A stretch of DNA of 62,622 bases, filler included. It is 19 parts of 19 records of this genome, joined end to end, with 100 filler letters (N's around TTAATTAATTAA, not from the genome) between each part and the next. Parts side by side here need not be neighbours in the genome. Positions count along the whole stretch, not along the records: positions 10,834 to 12,837 come from SRR16133337_1088; positions 12,938 to 15,083 come from SRR16133337_1151; positions 15,184 to 21,585 come from SRR16133337_1470; positions 21,686 to 25,821 come from SRR16133337_1638; 15 more parts are not named here. One strand, written 5' to 3'. The position numbers and the translations under genes were made by a program. The notes beneath the pieces are model-generated. The model ran no database searches. It saw only the letters and a program-made list of their open reading frames with translations, and was not told the DNA's origin. Below, piece by piece: positions 11,313 through 22,620 of this stretch (within the stretch, counting starts at the first letter, position 1; each line of letters opens with the position of its first letter).

Positions 11313-12732
11313 TCAAAGTTCATCATGAACATCCCCACCCCAATTTGTTTTTTCTCCCTCTCCCCCTTCATCTTCCTCCTCGTTTTGCTCTTCCTCCTCG
11401 CGTCCATGTTCCTCTTCCTTTAATTTTAATAATTGTTTCCTGTTTTTTTCCATAACATCACGCGATTTATGGATCTGTTCAACAACAATTTTCGCGAGAC
11501 AGTCGTGACAATATTTTTTTATCATGTCTCGTCTCGCTTGTTCACCGCGGCGTTTTGATTCTTTTCTGTCCGACCAAACTTCTCTCATTAAACTGCGAAG
11601 ATGCTCTATTGATGGGCGAGCCCATTTATGACCTACGTAAAAATATATTTTTAAAAATACTATTTTGCTATCACTAGCAAGAAAGTCATTTTTAGTTTTA
11701 GTTTTTTATTTTTTCAATCAAACAAAAGCACAGAAACGTAAGTGGCATATTTTTTTTTTGAAGTCAGGGTTAGGTTTAAGCACACAAGCTGAGAATTAAG
11801 TAGAATTTTATTTTAGGTTCTTATTTTTTTAGAATTTATTAATTTTCACTTTAGAAAAAACGTGAAAAATGTATTTTGTCCAATGAATAACCAACACCAC
11901 CCCTCCTCCACACACACACTCCACACCACTCCCCTACTCACCACTCACAACCTTTGGAAAATTGAAAACTAATTGTTTTTGATGAACGAACCACAAGCTC
12001 AAGCACTTGCTCTCCATATCAGCCAGCTAGGCGCCAGCTAGGCGTTAGGCCAACGGACTGGGCGTGGTTCGCGCACATTTCGAAAATCGTTGTGTGTTTG
12101 TTTTTTCATGAAAATCATGCTAAATCATTTTTTTTTTGATCGTTATAAAAAGAAAGAAAAAAGAAGAAGTTGAGAAATTACGCACGGATTCGAACACCAC
12201 TCACATCCACCACCGTCTCAACAAACATGAAAATCGAATATTTGTTTCACTTGGCCGCAAAGTCGAGAATATTTCCCAAAACAAATTTTGAAAGTCTTAA
12301 AATTTCGGAGTAAAAAAAATCAAGGAATGTAAAAAATTTTGAAAGAAAAAAAGTCAAATATTACAAAGTCAAATATTAGAAAAATGAAAACGTTTGAAAA
12401 GTACAAATTCGAAAAATACAAAAATTTCAAAAAAAATTCTTCAAATCGAAAAATTTTCAAGATAACAAAACGTCCAAAATTAAATATTTTGCCGTTTGTT
12501 TTTGCTAGAAAAGTAGAATTTTTACTGTGTTGATCTTATACACAATTTTAAAATTTCATATTGTTCAATCACTCACCTTTAAAAGCACCTTTTTTGATCT
12601 TATCAAATCCATCAATATTTAGTGGATATGAATTTTCTTCTGTCATGTATTCAGTTGGTCCACTCCAAAATGTTGCGATGACGGGCAATTCCATCGACAT
12701 TGCTTCAACGTGGGGTCTACCCCAACCCTCAC
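11313..12732 (-). CDS. Eukaryotic glycosyltransferase family 4 (GT-B) protein, last two exons (12577-12732, 11313-11632)
   Basis: EGWGRPHVEAMSMELPVIATFWSGPTEY contains the EX7E motif. Phase-compatible splicing to GHKWARPSIEHLRSLMREVW...RGEQAR, followed by an acidic tail. Confidence 0.85.
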
Positions 12733-15183
12733 CTAAATAAATAAATAAATAAATAAATACAGCAGTTGTGCGGCGGAGGAGGGGGTGTTGGGAGTGTGGA
12801 GGGTATTTAAAAATAATAATACAGACCATATCAATGANNNNNNNNNNNNNNNNNNNNNNNNNNNNNNNNNNNNNNNNNNNNTTAATTAATTAANNNNNNN
12901 NNNNNNNNNNNNNNNNNNNNNNNNNNNNNNNNNNNNNTGCACGTGGCGACTTCATGTATACATAGGTATCCAAACATTATACATGCTTTCGTATACACAT
13001 TTGAAGTGTTTGCGTAAAATATTAAAATAAAACACAACAAAATACAAAAAACGGATTTGTGTGAGGCAACTTTACCAATCAACAATACGAAACCCACAGT
13101 TCCATTGTACCCACTCTCACATTCGAGTAAAAACTTATATTCGTATGAAAATTGAAAAAAATTAGACGATGGAATGTTCACCAAGTAACTCTCCCCTCCA
13201 AGCTTAAAACGTTCGTGTTTTACCACTTTTCAGAGCAATTCAATTCCAAATGTTTTCACGTTCTCAAGAAATTCACATTGATTTTCGCGCTCACAGTTTC
13301 CGCGATACTCCTTCTCTACACCATCCGCCCCACAACCACCTGCCAACACTCCATTTACCCTCCAGACATCCTCTAAAATCCCGCTCCCTCATCAGTATTT
13401 TTTTTCGCATAATTTTGGTATTTCAAAAAATGACTTTCTACAGGATATACTAGTATTTCCATCGAGGAAATGATGAAATCACAGTGAAATGAAAGAAGAA
13501 TGTTATGAAATGTTATTTTTTTCAAACAAAGTCAAAATTGTCGAACAACGGAGCAAGGAGTAATTTTTGCAGGATTTTGGATGTTCAAATGTTCTTTTAT
13601 TTATTTCCTGCATTTGTAACAACATTGAATTAACAAAAGCAATATCGTGAAAATCAAATTATTTTCATATTTCTTGGAATTTTGAACACACGAAAAATAT
13701 TACATTCCACACAATGAATCCATAAAGTGTATCTTCAAAGAATCATTCATTCAAAATAATAATAATGAGTTTTTTTATTCTTCGTTACGTCACAAATCAT
13801 CCACACGGGCTTGTGCAATATTGATCCAACTACAAACGGTAGCCCTTTACAAGCTTTTTGAAAACAAATATAATTCTATACAATTTTGGCAACTCCGACT
13901 GCGTATCTTGGAATTGCTGACGGGCAAAGTCATACATTACATCCCAACTCTGACAACTTCAAGGGTTGCGGGCAACCCTTTTGTCAAATAAGAGAAAAAC
14001 ATTGAATTCAATCTGCAGAGTTCGTCATTTCTATTAAAGCATTTATAGCGTAAAGCCACAAACACTCATGCTTGAACGGAAACACACATTTTGAATAATG
14101 TGAAACCTCAAAAATATCAGTGATATTTTTTGCAAAAATAATACAAATCAGCAACCTTGCAGGAACTAAATAATTAATCGTTTTCCTCATGAAATTCACA
14201 ATAACCTGCAAAAATAAATATATCGTAAAACAAATACAAAAACTACTTGTATTTTCTTTCGAAAAAAAAGAACTTGTTACATTTACAACTGTTTGAATAA
14301 AAAATAAAAACACAAACCTGCATCAATCTGCATTTCAGAATGCCTTGCAACCGTGGAATCCATTTCTTTGTGTTTTTTTTCATCTATTGTTTCCTGGACA
14401 ATGTGAGATTCCACCGATTCAACAGCACTGATACTAGCAATATTACCACGATTTTTCGAAACATCTACACGAAATAAACGTATACCAAACACAAAAACAA
14501 ACACGAATATAAAAAAAAATGATAATTTTCAGCTTTAATTTTATATACCTTAAGGAATTGATATTTCTAAAAAATGTTTTTTGGATTTTTGTGTTGTTTG
14601 AATAAAATTTTGCGTGTCTACATGCGCAATTTCACAACATGTTGTCTCCAAGGCCGGATGGTACAGGATTCTTTACCTGTAAACCGAAAATTATCATGTT
14701 CTTGCCAAACTTTCTTAAAATATTCGAACCAGTTGATATGGCGACCGTTTTCCATTTTTTAAGAGCAAACAATGTAGAAAAGCAGTTTAAAAAATGATTT
14801 TTGTGAACTATAATGCTATAGATTTAATAATCTTTCCGAAGAATTTTTTGCAGGCCATTAAGTAATTTTAGATATAATAGATAATTATTTATTTCCTACA
14901 GTGGTGAGTTTTGCTGTGTATGAATTGTAACATTCTCAGTTGTCAGAAGTATTTCACCATTTGGCTTATACTTTTCACGACTCCCTCTCCTTACAATATC
15001 ATACGAACACATAAAGAAAAAACAAAGATAGCAACATTCAATTTCTGTGATTTGTTACATAATTTTCAAAAACAAACAACGTTNNNNNNNNNNNNNNNNN
15101 NNNNNNNNNNNNNNNNNNNNNNNNNNNTTAATTAATTAANNNNNNNNNNNNNNNNNNNNNNNNNNNNNNNNNNNNNNNNNNNN

Positions 15184-17762
15184 TCTGGAATTCCGGCAGG
15201 ATTTTTACCCCCCGCCGTTGCAAAAAATTTCTGACCCCCACCCCCACCTTGGATGAGTTTTCCCAATTCACGAACGATTTTCCTCGCATCCAAACCTTTT
15301 TCCTCCACTAAGTTTTTAGAAATATAAGAAGTCAACAACGCTTTTCCATTGAATACAGTACCTACAAAAAAGAACAAGCTGTCCATTTCGTTTCCTAACT
15401 CATAGGCCAAGTCTTTTAAAGTAGTCGCGTTTAAATCTAGTTGCGTAGCAATAAAATTGATGCCATTTATGACGGTGATTTCGCTTTTTAGTTGCACTTT
15501 TAGACTTTTTATTTTTTCTTTAACCAAAATATCTACTTGCCTCTTTAAGTCAGAATTTTCATCCTGTAAAGAAACAATCGCTTTAAGAGGATCTGGATTG
15601 TTTTTTAAAACCTTTTTTATTTCTAAAAATAAGGCATCCTGTTTTGTATAATATGCTTTTACAGCTTCCGAAGTAATGGCTTCAATTCTTCTAATTCCTG
15701 CGGCAACAGCTTCTTCAGAAACAATTTTTAATTGCCAAAGGGTACGGGTATTTTGAACATGAGTACCCCCACACAATTCTACAGATTCTCCAAACTGAAT
15801 CATCCTAACAACCTCCCCATATTTTTCACCAAACAAAGCCATAGCACCTTGGTCTAAGGCACTTTGCATAGAAATTTCTCTATGGTCTTTTAACGGAATG
15901 GCTTCCCCAATTTTAGCTTTTACAAAATCTTCTACTTGTTTTAATTCTTCCGAAGTAACTTTTGTAAAATGAGAAAAGTCAAAACGCAAGTTTTTCGCAG
16001 TTACCAAAGAACCTTTTTGTTCTACATGGGTTCCTAAAACCTGTCGCAACGCTTGGTGTAACAAATGCGTTGCAGAATGGTTACACGTTGTCAAAGCTCT
16101 ATTTTTTGCATCCACTATAGCTTTAAACCTTTCGGAAGGATGACGAGGTAATTTTTTTGTCAAATGAAGGATCAGGTTGTTTTCTTTTTTGGTATCTAAG
16201 ACGTTGATTTTATCAGTTCCATTAGTAAAATACCCTTTGTCACCCACTTGCCCTCCCCCTTCTGGATAAAAAGGAGTGCTGTCAAAAACGATTTGGTACA
16301 ATTCTCCCTCTTTTTTAGAAGAAACTTTCCGGTAACGTGTCATTATTACATCCGCTTCCAAAGTATCATAGCCTACAAATTCTTTGGGATCATGATCCAC
16401 TAAAACAGTCCAATCCTCTGTATCCATTTGAGCCGCAACCCTAGAACGTGTTTTTTGTTTGTTCAATTCTTCTTGGAATTCTTTTTCGTCTAAGGACAAG
16501 CCTTTTTCCGTCAAGATCAAAGCCGTCAAATCAATAGGGAATCCAAATGTATCATACAATTCAAAAGCTTTTACTCCAGAAATAAGGGTTCCGTTGGTTT
16601 CGTTGATAAGAGCATCCAATAAATTCAACCCCTGATCTAAAGTCCGTAAAAAAGAGTTTTCTTCTTCTTTGATGACTTTAGAAATCAATTCATATTGAGC
16701 TTTGATTTCTGGAAAATTATTCCCCATTTGATCCTTCAACACAACCACTAATTCATAAATAAAAGGTTCCTTTTTATTTAAGAAGGAAAACCCATAACGA
16801 ATGGCACGTCTTAATATTCTACGGATTACATAACCCGCTCCATGGTTTGCTGGTAACTGACCATCTGCAATAGAAAAAGCAACGGCACGAACATGATCTG
16901 CAATAACACGAATGGCAATATCTACTTCCTTATTTTTGCCGTAACGATGGTTTGTCAGCGTTTCAATTTTAGAAATCAGAGGGGTAAACACATCTGTATC
17001 GTAATTTGATTGTACGTTTTGCATCACCATACACAAACGCTCAAATCCCATTCCCGTATCGACATGGTTTGCTGGTAATTTTTCAAGAGAACCATCAGCC
17101 TTACGGTTGAATTGCATAAAAACCAAATTCCAAATTTCAACCACCTGAGGATGCTCTTTATTGACCAAATCACGTCCAGAAATTTTGACTTTTTCTTCCG
17201 CAGAACGAAGATCCACATGAATTTCAGAACACGGTCCACAAGGCCCTTGTACCCCCATTTCCCAAAAATTATCCTTTTTATTTCCTAGAATAATTTTAGC
17301 CTCAGGAAGAATGTTTTTCCACAAATCATACGATTCTTGATCTGGCGGTAGTCTGTCTAGATCTTTGCTACCTCCAAATACGCTTACATACAAAGAATCT
17401 TTGTCGATTTTTAAAGTCGCTACTAAAAATTCCCAAGCCCATTCAATGGCTTCCTTTTTAAAATAATCTCCAAAACTCCAGTTTCCCAACATTTCAAACA
17501 TGGTATGATGGTAAGTATCTTTACCTACTTCTTCCAGATCGTTATGTTTTCCAGATACCCGCAAACATTTTTGAGTATTTGCAATTCTAGAATTTGTAAC
17601 AGTACGTTGCCCTAAGAAATATTCTTTAAATGGATTCATTCCCGCATTGGTAAACATCAATGTAGGATCGTCTTTTAGAACGATTGGAGCAGAGGGAACA
17701 ATTTGATGTACCTTCTTTTTAAAGAAGTCTAAAAATTGCTGTCTTATTTCTTGTGATTTCAT
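15184..17762 (-). CDS. alaS: Alanine-tRNA ligase (3' end cut by the contig end)
   Basis: [55 protein letters not shown] and GGGGG motifs. Confidence 0.98.
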
Positions 17763-17840
17763 ACATTGATTTTTTTTTAATCGGAACTATTAAAAAAATA
17801 CTAAAAACGCTACTTTGATGAGCAATTCTAAAACATTTTG

Positions 17841-17848
17841 TAAATTTG
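17841..17848 (+). promoter_or_regulatory. Bacteroidota -7 promoter element
   Basis: TAAATTTG upstream of the M23 peptidase operon. Confidence 0.55.
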
Positions 17849-17922
17849 CACTCGTTAACGACTTGTAACACTCCTTTGAGAGTGTTTTAAATTAAGGATA
17901 TAAAAGTACTACATTTAGAAAT

Positions 17923-18894
17923 ATGGCAAAAGTAAAATTTTATTATGATTCTGAGACACTTTCTTATCAGAGAATCAAAGTAAAAAAGAGTACCAGAGTA
18001 AAGAAAACCCTACTTCTTATAGTTGCTTCTTTTTTGGTTGCTCTTTTAGGTTTTATAGGTTTTAGCTATCTTATCAAATCACCAAGTCAAATCAAACAAG
18101 AAAGTGAGTTAGAAAATTTGAAACTGCACTATCAATTATTGTCCAAGCGGGTTGATGAGGGAACGGGTATTTTAAAAGAAATTCAAGAACGAGACAACAA
18201 TATTTACCGTGTCTATTTTGAAGCCGAACCAATTTCTAAAGAGCAACGTATGGCTGGTTTTGGAGGCGTTAACCGTTACAAATCTTTAGAGGGGTTTGAA
18301 AATACGACGATGATTAAAGAGGTGACTAAGAAAATGGATATTTTATCAAAACAATTGGTAGTACAGTCCAAATCTTTAGATGAAATTGTAGAACTGGCAA
18401 AAAACAAAAAAGAAATGTTAGCTTCCATTCCTGCAATTCAACCTGTTGCCAATAAAAATTTAAAACGAATGGCATCGGGTTATGGATATAGAATTCACCC
18501 AATTTATAAAACCCGGAAATACCATTGGGGAATGGATTTTTCTGCCCCAAAAGAAACACCCGTTTATGCCACAGGAAATGGAATCATTGAAGTCGCAAAA
18601 AAATCCAAGCGAGGCTATGGAAATCATGTGAAAATAAATCATGGTTTTGGCTACAAAACATTTTATGCACATTTAGATAAATTTATTGTTCGAAAAAGGC
18701 AAAAAGTAAAAAGAGGTGATCTTATTGGTTTTGTGGGTACCTCTGGAATTTCTACAGCACCACATTTGCATTATGAAGTGATAAAAGGAGATCGAAAAGT
18801 AAATCCAGTGTATTATTATTTTAACGATTTGACACCTGAAGAATACGAAACTATGTTAGAAATGGCTTCTCAAGAAAATCAATCCTTTGATTAG
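17923..18894 (+). CDS. M23 family metallopeptidase
   Basis: HWGMD (HxxxD) and PHLHYEV (HxH) motifs; N-terminal membrane anchor and coiled coil. Confidence 0.93.
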   Translation: MAKVKFYYDSETLSYQRIKVKKSTRVKKTLLLIVASFLVALLGFIGFSYLIKSPSQIKQESELENLKLHYQLLSKRVDEGTGILKEIQERDNNIYRVYFEAEPISKEQRMAGFGGVNRYKSLEGFENTTMIKEVTKKMDILSKQLVVQSKSLDEIVELAKNKKEMLASIPAIQPVANKNLKRMASGYGYRIHPIYKTRKYHWGMDFSAPKETPVYATGNGIIEVAKKSKRGYGNHVKINHGFGYKTFYAHLDKFIVRKRQKVKRGDLIGFVGTSGISTAPHLHYEVIKGDRKVNPVYYYFNDLTPEEYETMLEMASQENQSFD

Positions 18895-19992
18895 ATGGAG
18901 GTTTTTAGGAGACATCAAACAGAAAAAAAATTAAAATCTATCCTTTTAAAGAGTAGCTGTATATTATTGTTGATGTTTGGTGAGCGTGTTGTTTCTCAAA
19001 CAAATATTTTAAAGCCACAGAAAGAATGGGTCTTAACAGCAGTAGGAGATATCATGATGGGAACCACTTTTCCAGATAGTAGTTATTTACCAGTACCCCC
19101 TGTAAATCCTTTTGAAAAAGTACTTTCGATACTGAAAAACACAACGCTCTTATTTGGTAATTTAGAAGGGACACTTACAGATACTGGAGAAAATGCTAAA
19201 AAATGCAAAGATCTTTCTAAATGCTATTCTTTTAAATCACCCGAAAAATTTGGAACCTATTTAAAAGAGGCAGGTTTTGATGTGATGAGTATCGCAAATA
19301 ATCATATAGGAGATTTTGGAAAGGAAGGAATCACCAATACAAAAAAGGTATTGGATGCCAATCGTATTGCCTATGCGGGTGTTTTTTCCAAAACCAAAAC
19401 AATTTTTGTAAAAGAGAATATTACCTATGGTTTTGCAGCATTTGCTCCCAATAAAGGCTGTTTATCAATTCATAATATGGAAAGAGCAAAAAAGATAGTT
19501 CAAGAGTTGGATGCAAAATGTGATGTGGTACTTATTTCTTTCCATGGAGGGGCAGAAGGTATAGAACACACTATAGTACCTAGAGAAGAAGAGTTTTATT
19601 ATGGAGAAAATAGGGGAAATGTATATCAATTTGCACATGCTCTCGTAGATGTTGGTGCAGATGTTATTTTAGGACATGGTCCTCATGTTTTAAGAGCGAT
19701 AGAGGTGTATAAAGGTAAATTTATAGCCTATAGTTTGGGGAATTTTTGCACGTATAAAAGATTCAATTTGACAGGAATAAGAGGCTATGCTCCTATTGTG
19801 CAAATAACCATGACTGCTGATGGAGACTTTATCGAAGGAACCATTCATTCTGCAAAACAAAGGGATGAGGTATATCCGTATATGGATAAAAACCAAAATG
19901 CTTTTAAAGAAATAAAAAAGTTGACAAATTCCAATTTTCCAGAAAGTGGAATTGTATTTAAAGACGATGGTACTTTTAAGGTGAAAAAATAA
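18895..19992 (+). CDS. CapA/PgsA family metallophosphoesterase-like protein
   Basis: VGDIM, GNLEG, ANNH, SFHGG, GHGPHV and YSLGNF motifs. Confidence 0.92.
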   Translation: MEVFRRHQTEKKLKSILLKSSCILLLMFGERVVSQTNILKPQKEWVLTAVGDIMMGTTFPDSSYLPVPPVNPFEKVLSILKNTTLLFGNLEGTLTDTGENAKKCKDLSKCYSFKSPEKFGTYLKEAGFDVMSIANNHIGDFGKEGITNTKKVLDANRIAYAGVFSKTKTIFVKENITYGFAAFAPNKGCLSIHNMERAKKIVQELDAKCDVVLISFHGGAEGIEHTIVPREEEFYYGENRGNVYQFAHALVDVGADVILGHGPHVLRAIEVYKGKFIAYSLGNFCTYKRFNLTGIRGYAPIVQITMTADGDFIEGTIHSAKQRDEVYPYMDKNQNAFKEIKKLTNSNFPESGIVFKDDGTFKVKK

Positions 19993-19995
19993 AAA

Positions 19996-20325
19996 ATGAA
20001 TGTAGAATTGCCTCAAAAAAGATATTATAAAATTGGAGAAATTGCCCAGGCATTTGCTGTGAATACCTCTTTGATTCGTTTTTGGGAAAAAGAGTTTGAC
20101 CTTATCAGACCCAAAAAAAATGCCAAGGGTGATCGAATGTTTACTCAAGAAGATGTAAAAAATTTCCAACTGATTTATCATTTAGTTAAAGAGAAATGCT
20201 TTACTTTGGAGGGAGCAAAAAATAAGTTAAAAACACAGCCCAAACAAACGGTTAACAATCATGAAATCATTACCCGTTTGCAAGCCGTAAAAACAGAATT
20301 GATAAAAATTAGAAATGAATTGTAA
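19996..20325 (+). CDS. MerR family transcriptional regulator
   Basis: YYKIGEIAQAFAVNTSLIRFWEKEF helix-turn-helix; KKNAKGDRMF wing. Confidence 0.92.
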   Translation: MNVELPQKRYYKIGEIAQAFAVNTSLIRFWEKEFDLIRPKKNAKGDRMFTQEDVKNFQLIYHLVKEKCFTLEGAKNKLKTQPKQTVNNHEIITRLQAVKTELIKIRNEL

Positions 20326-20330
20326 AACTC

Positions 20331-20410
20331 GTGAGACGGTGAAGCAGTGATGCGGTGATACGGTGAAGCAGTGAAACCGTTAAAAAGTGATGCGGTGAAA
20401 CGGTGAAATA
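20331..20410 (+). repeat. Degenerate 8-bp tandem repeat GTGAnRCn, ten units
   Basis: gtgagacg gtgaagca gtgatgcg gtgatacg gtgaagca gtgaaacc gttaaaaa gtgatgcg gtgaaacg gtgaaata. Confidence 0.9.
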
Positions 20411-20493
20411 GAATAGCCGTGAAATAGAATCGCTACATAAATCGCATATCACTCTGCATTACATTACCGTCTTACCAAATTAAAGATAGAATT

Positions 20494-21081
20494 ATGAAAA
20501 AATGGTTGCCCTTAATTATTGTGATTGTAATTGTCTTTTGGGCTTATACGATGACTAAAGGATTTAATAATACGGCGGTGAATTTTCAGGAAGATGCAAA
20601 AACGACTTGGTCAAATGTAGAAAGTTCCTACCAAAGAAGAGCAGATTTAATTCCAAATTTGGTCAATACTGTAAAAGGATATGCTGCTCATGAAAGTGAA
20701 ACTTTAGAAGCCGTGATCAAAGCACGTTCAGAAGCAACAAGTACCAAAATTGATGTCAATAATTTAACGCCTGAGAAAATGGCACAATTCCAAAAAGCAC
20801 AACAAGGACTATCAGGTGCTTTGGGAAGATTGATGGTTATTGCTGAAAAATATCCAGATTTAAAAGCGAATACTAATTTCTTAGAATTGCAAAGTCAGTT
20901 GGAAGGAACAGAAAACAGAATTAATGTGGAAAGAAACAGATTTAATATTTCGGTTAATACTTATAATAAACACATAAAGATTTTTCCAAACTCCATTTTT
21001 GCAGGTTGGTTTAATTTTGAAGAAATGAGTAGATACCAATCTACTGAAGGAAGTGAAAAAGCACCAGAGGTAAAATTTTAA
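20494..21081 (+). CDS. lemA: LemA family protein
   Basis: YQRRADLIPNLVNTVKGYAAHE, YPDLKAN and LEGTENRI motifs. Confidence 0.95.
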   Translation: MKKWLPLIIVIVIVFWAYTMTKGFNNTAVNFQEDAKTTWSNVESSYQRRADLIPNLVNTVKGYAAHESETLEAVIKARSEATSTKIDVNNLTPEKMAQFQKAQQGLSGALGRLMVIAEKYPDLKANTNFLELQSQLEGTENRINVERNRFNISVNTYNKHIKIFPNSIFAGWFNFEEMSRYQSTEGSEKAPEVKF

Positions 21082-21083
21082 GA

Positions 21084-21521
21084 ATGTCTACAAACAATTA
21101 TCATTTATCAAAAAAAGAAGAACAAGCGATTGTAAAAGCAATTCAGCAAGCAGAAACAAATACCTCGGGAGAAATTAGAGTTCATATAGAAGCTCGTTCT
21201 GATAAAGAACCGATGGAGCGTGCAAAAGAAGTTTTCTTTCAATTAAAAATGGAAGAAACGGCTGCTCAAAATGGAGTTTTGTTTTACTTAGCTATAGAAG
21301 ATCATACGTTTGCTATTTTAGGGGATATTGGGATTGATGCTGTTGTGCCTGATGATTTCTGGAACAGTACCAAAAATTTGGTCTTATCAGAATTTAAAAA
21401 AGGGAACTTTGCAAACGGATTGCAACTTGGAATTGCAGAAGCAGGAAAAAAACTAAAAGAATTTTTCCCTTATAAAACAAATGATACCAATGAATTATCA
21501 GATGAGATCTCAAAAGGATGA
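21084..21521 (+). CDS. TPM domain protein
   Basis: AETNTSGEIRVHIE, NGVLFY, GDIGID and NELSDEIS motifs; typical lemA partner. Confidence 0.9.
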   Translation: MSTNNYHLSKKEEQAIVKAIQQAETNTSGEIRVHIEARSDKEPMERAKEVFFQLKMEETAAQNGVLFYLAIEDHTFAILGDIGIDAVVPDDFWNSTKNLVLSEFKKGNFANGLQLGIAEAGKKLKEFFPYKTNDTNELSDEISKG

Positions 21522-21526
21522 ATAGG

Positions 21527-21585
21527 GTGATGCGGTGAGACGGTGAAGCCGTGAGACAGTGAAACAGTGAAACAGTGAAACAGTG
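21527..21585 (+). repeat. 8-bp tandem repeat (GTGAAACA type) at contig end
   Basis: Seven full units of the family seen at 20331. Confidence 0.9.
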
Positions 21586-21778
21586 NNNNNNNNNNNNNNN
21601 NNNNNNNNNNNNNNNNNNNNNNNNNNNNNTTAATTAATTAANNNNNNNNNNNNNNNNNNNNNNNNNNNNNNNNNNNNNNNNNNNNCCACAATTCCACAAT
21701 TCAACGATTCCACATAGATAGAGGAGGTACCGTTTATAAAAAAAAAGTATAAAATGTTGTATTTTAATTTTGGAATGT

Positions 21779-21786
21779 TAACTTTG
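21779..21786 (+). promoter_or_regulatory. Bacteroidota -7 promoter element
   Basis: TAACTTTG about 30 bp before the ATG at 21816. Confidence 0.55.
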
Positions 21787-21815
21787 TAGTCTATAGTTTT
21801 GAAGTTAAGAACCAT

Positions 21816-22106
21816 ATGAATGGTATTTTAAAGTCGGTTGGTTTACTAGAAGAGAAGTTGAAAAATCTTTTTGAAAGGTATGAGTTTCTAAAAGAGGAAA
21901 ATGATATTTTGTTAGCCAACATCGAGACATTGCAAAGTTTAGCCACGGGTTATGAGGAAGATTTAAACAAGGAAAAAGAGAAATACAGGTTGTTAAAAAT
22001 TGCAAAAACTATAGAAGGTAGTATGGGAAATAGTAGAGAAACAAAACAAAAAATAAACGCTTTGGTTCGAGAAATAGACAAATGTATTGTCCAATTGAGC
22101 CCGTAA
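21816..22106 (+). CDS. Coiled-coil protein upstream of zapA (ZapB-like)
   Basis: Coiled coil ending in KINALVREIDKCI; conserved position before zapA in Bacteroidota. Confidence 0.8.
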   Translation: MNGILKSVGLLEEKLKNLFERYEFLKEENDILLANIETLQSLATGYEEDLNKEKEKYRLLKIAKTIEGSMGNSRETKQKINALVREIDKCIVQLSP

Positions 22107-22120
22107 GTTTCTTTATAAAG

Positions 22121-22414
22121 ATGGCAGAAAAGGTCAAAATTAAAGTAGTGATTGGTGGAAGAACTTATCCTTTGCATGTTAAAAATGCAATTGAAGAGCA
22201 AGGAACACGAAAAGCGGCTGAGAAAATCAATAATTTGATTTCTAAATTTGAACAAAATTATGCGGTAAGCGATAAGCAAGATGTATTGGCAATGTGTACT
22301 TTACAATTTGCATCAAAGCTTGAAATTGAATCCATCTTTGAAAATGAAAACCTACAAAAAGCTGAAAATAAATTAGATCAAATACATCAAATACTTGATG
22401 AATATTTGAAATAA
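22121..22414 (+). CDS. zapA: Cell division protein ZapA
   Basis: IKVVIGGRTYPL...RKAAEKIN...DKQDVLAM; zapA-6S-rny synteny. Start set at MAEK. Confidence 0.88.
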   Translation: MAEKVKIKVVIGGRTYPLHVKNAIEEQGTRKAAEKINNLISKFEQNYAVSDKQDVLAMCTLQFASKLEIESIFENENLQKAENKLDQIHQILDEYLK

Positions 22415-22438
22415 TATTTTTTTATAAAAACAAAAAAT

Positions 22439-22598
22439 ACTGCCTACATTGGTTCCTGTTTGATAAACTCAATGCGATCCCATTAAAAAGGATGAGTCAT
22501 AGTTGTAAAAGCGCGCCGGCTTGATTCGGATACTTGAGCTACTAGTTAGTCCTAAACTTGTTATTTGGGAGTTTATACAAACCAAACTAATGTAGGTT
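22439..22598 (+). ncRNA. ssrS: 6S RNA (Flavobacteria type)
   Basis: Lies between zapA and rny. The ends pair as a long rod (CCTACATTGGTT...ATAAACTC with GAGTTTAT...AACTAATGTAGG). Boundaries are approximate. Confidence 0.8.
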
Positions 22599-22620
22599 TT
22601 TATATATATATAATTTAGAT

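Noticed and set aside
12022-12043. GCCAGCTAGGC tandem pair in an intron
   Set aside because: Only two copies and no further structure; no basis for a functional claim.
12938-15083. Short ORFs in this and other eukaryotic contigs
   Set aside because: Mostly low-complexity Phe/Lys/Ile-rich translations of AT-rich non-coding DNA. One possible exon near 14318-14470 could not be assigned.
19690-20181. 163-aa antisense ORF and similar short shadow ORFs over bacterial genes
   Set aside because: They overlap well-supported genes on the other strand or frame and show no motifs.
20331-20410. Possible CRISPR array
   Set aside because: Units are 8 bp with no unique spacers, and there are no cas genes.
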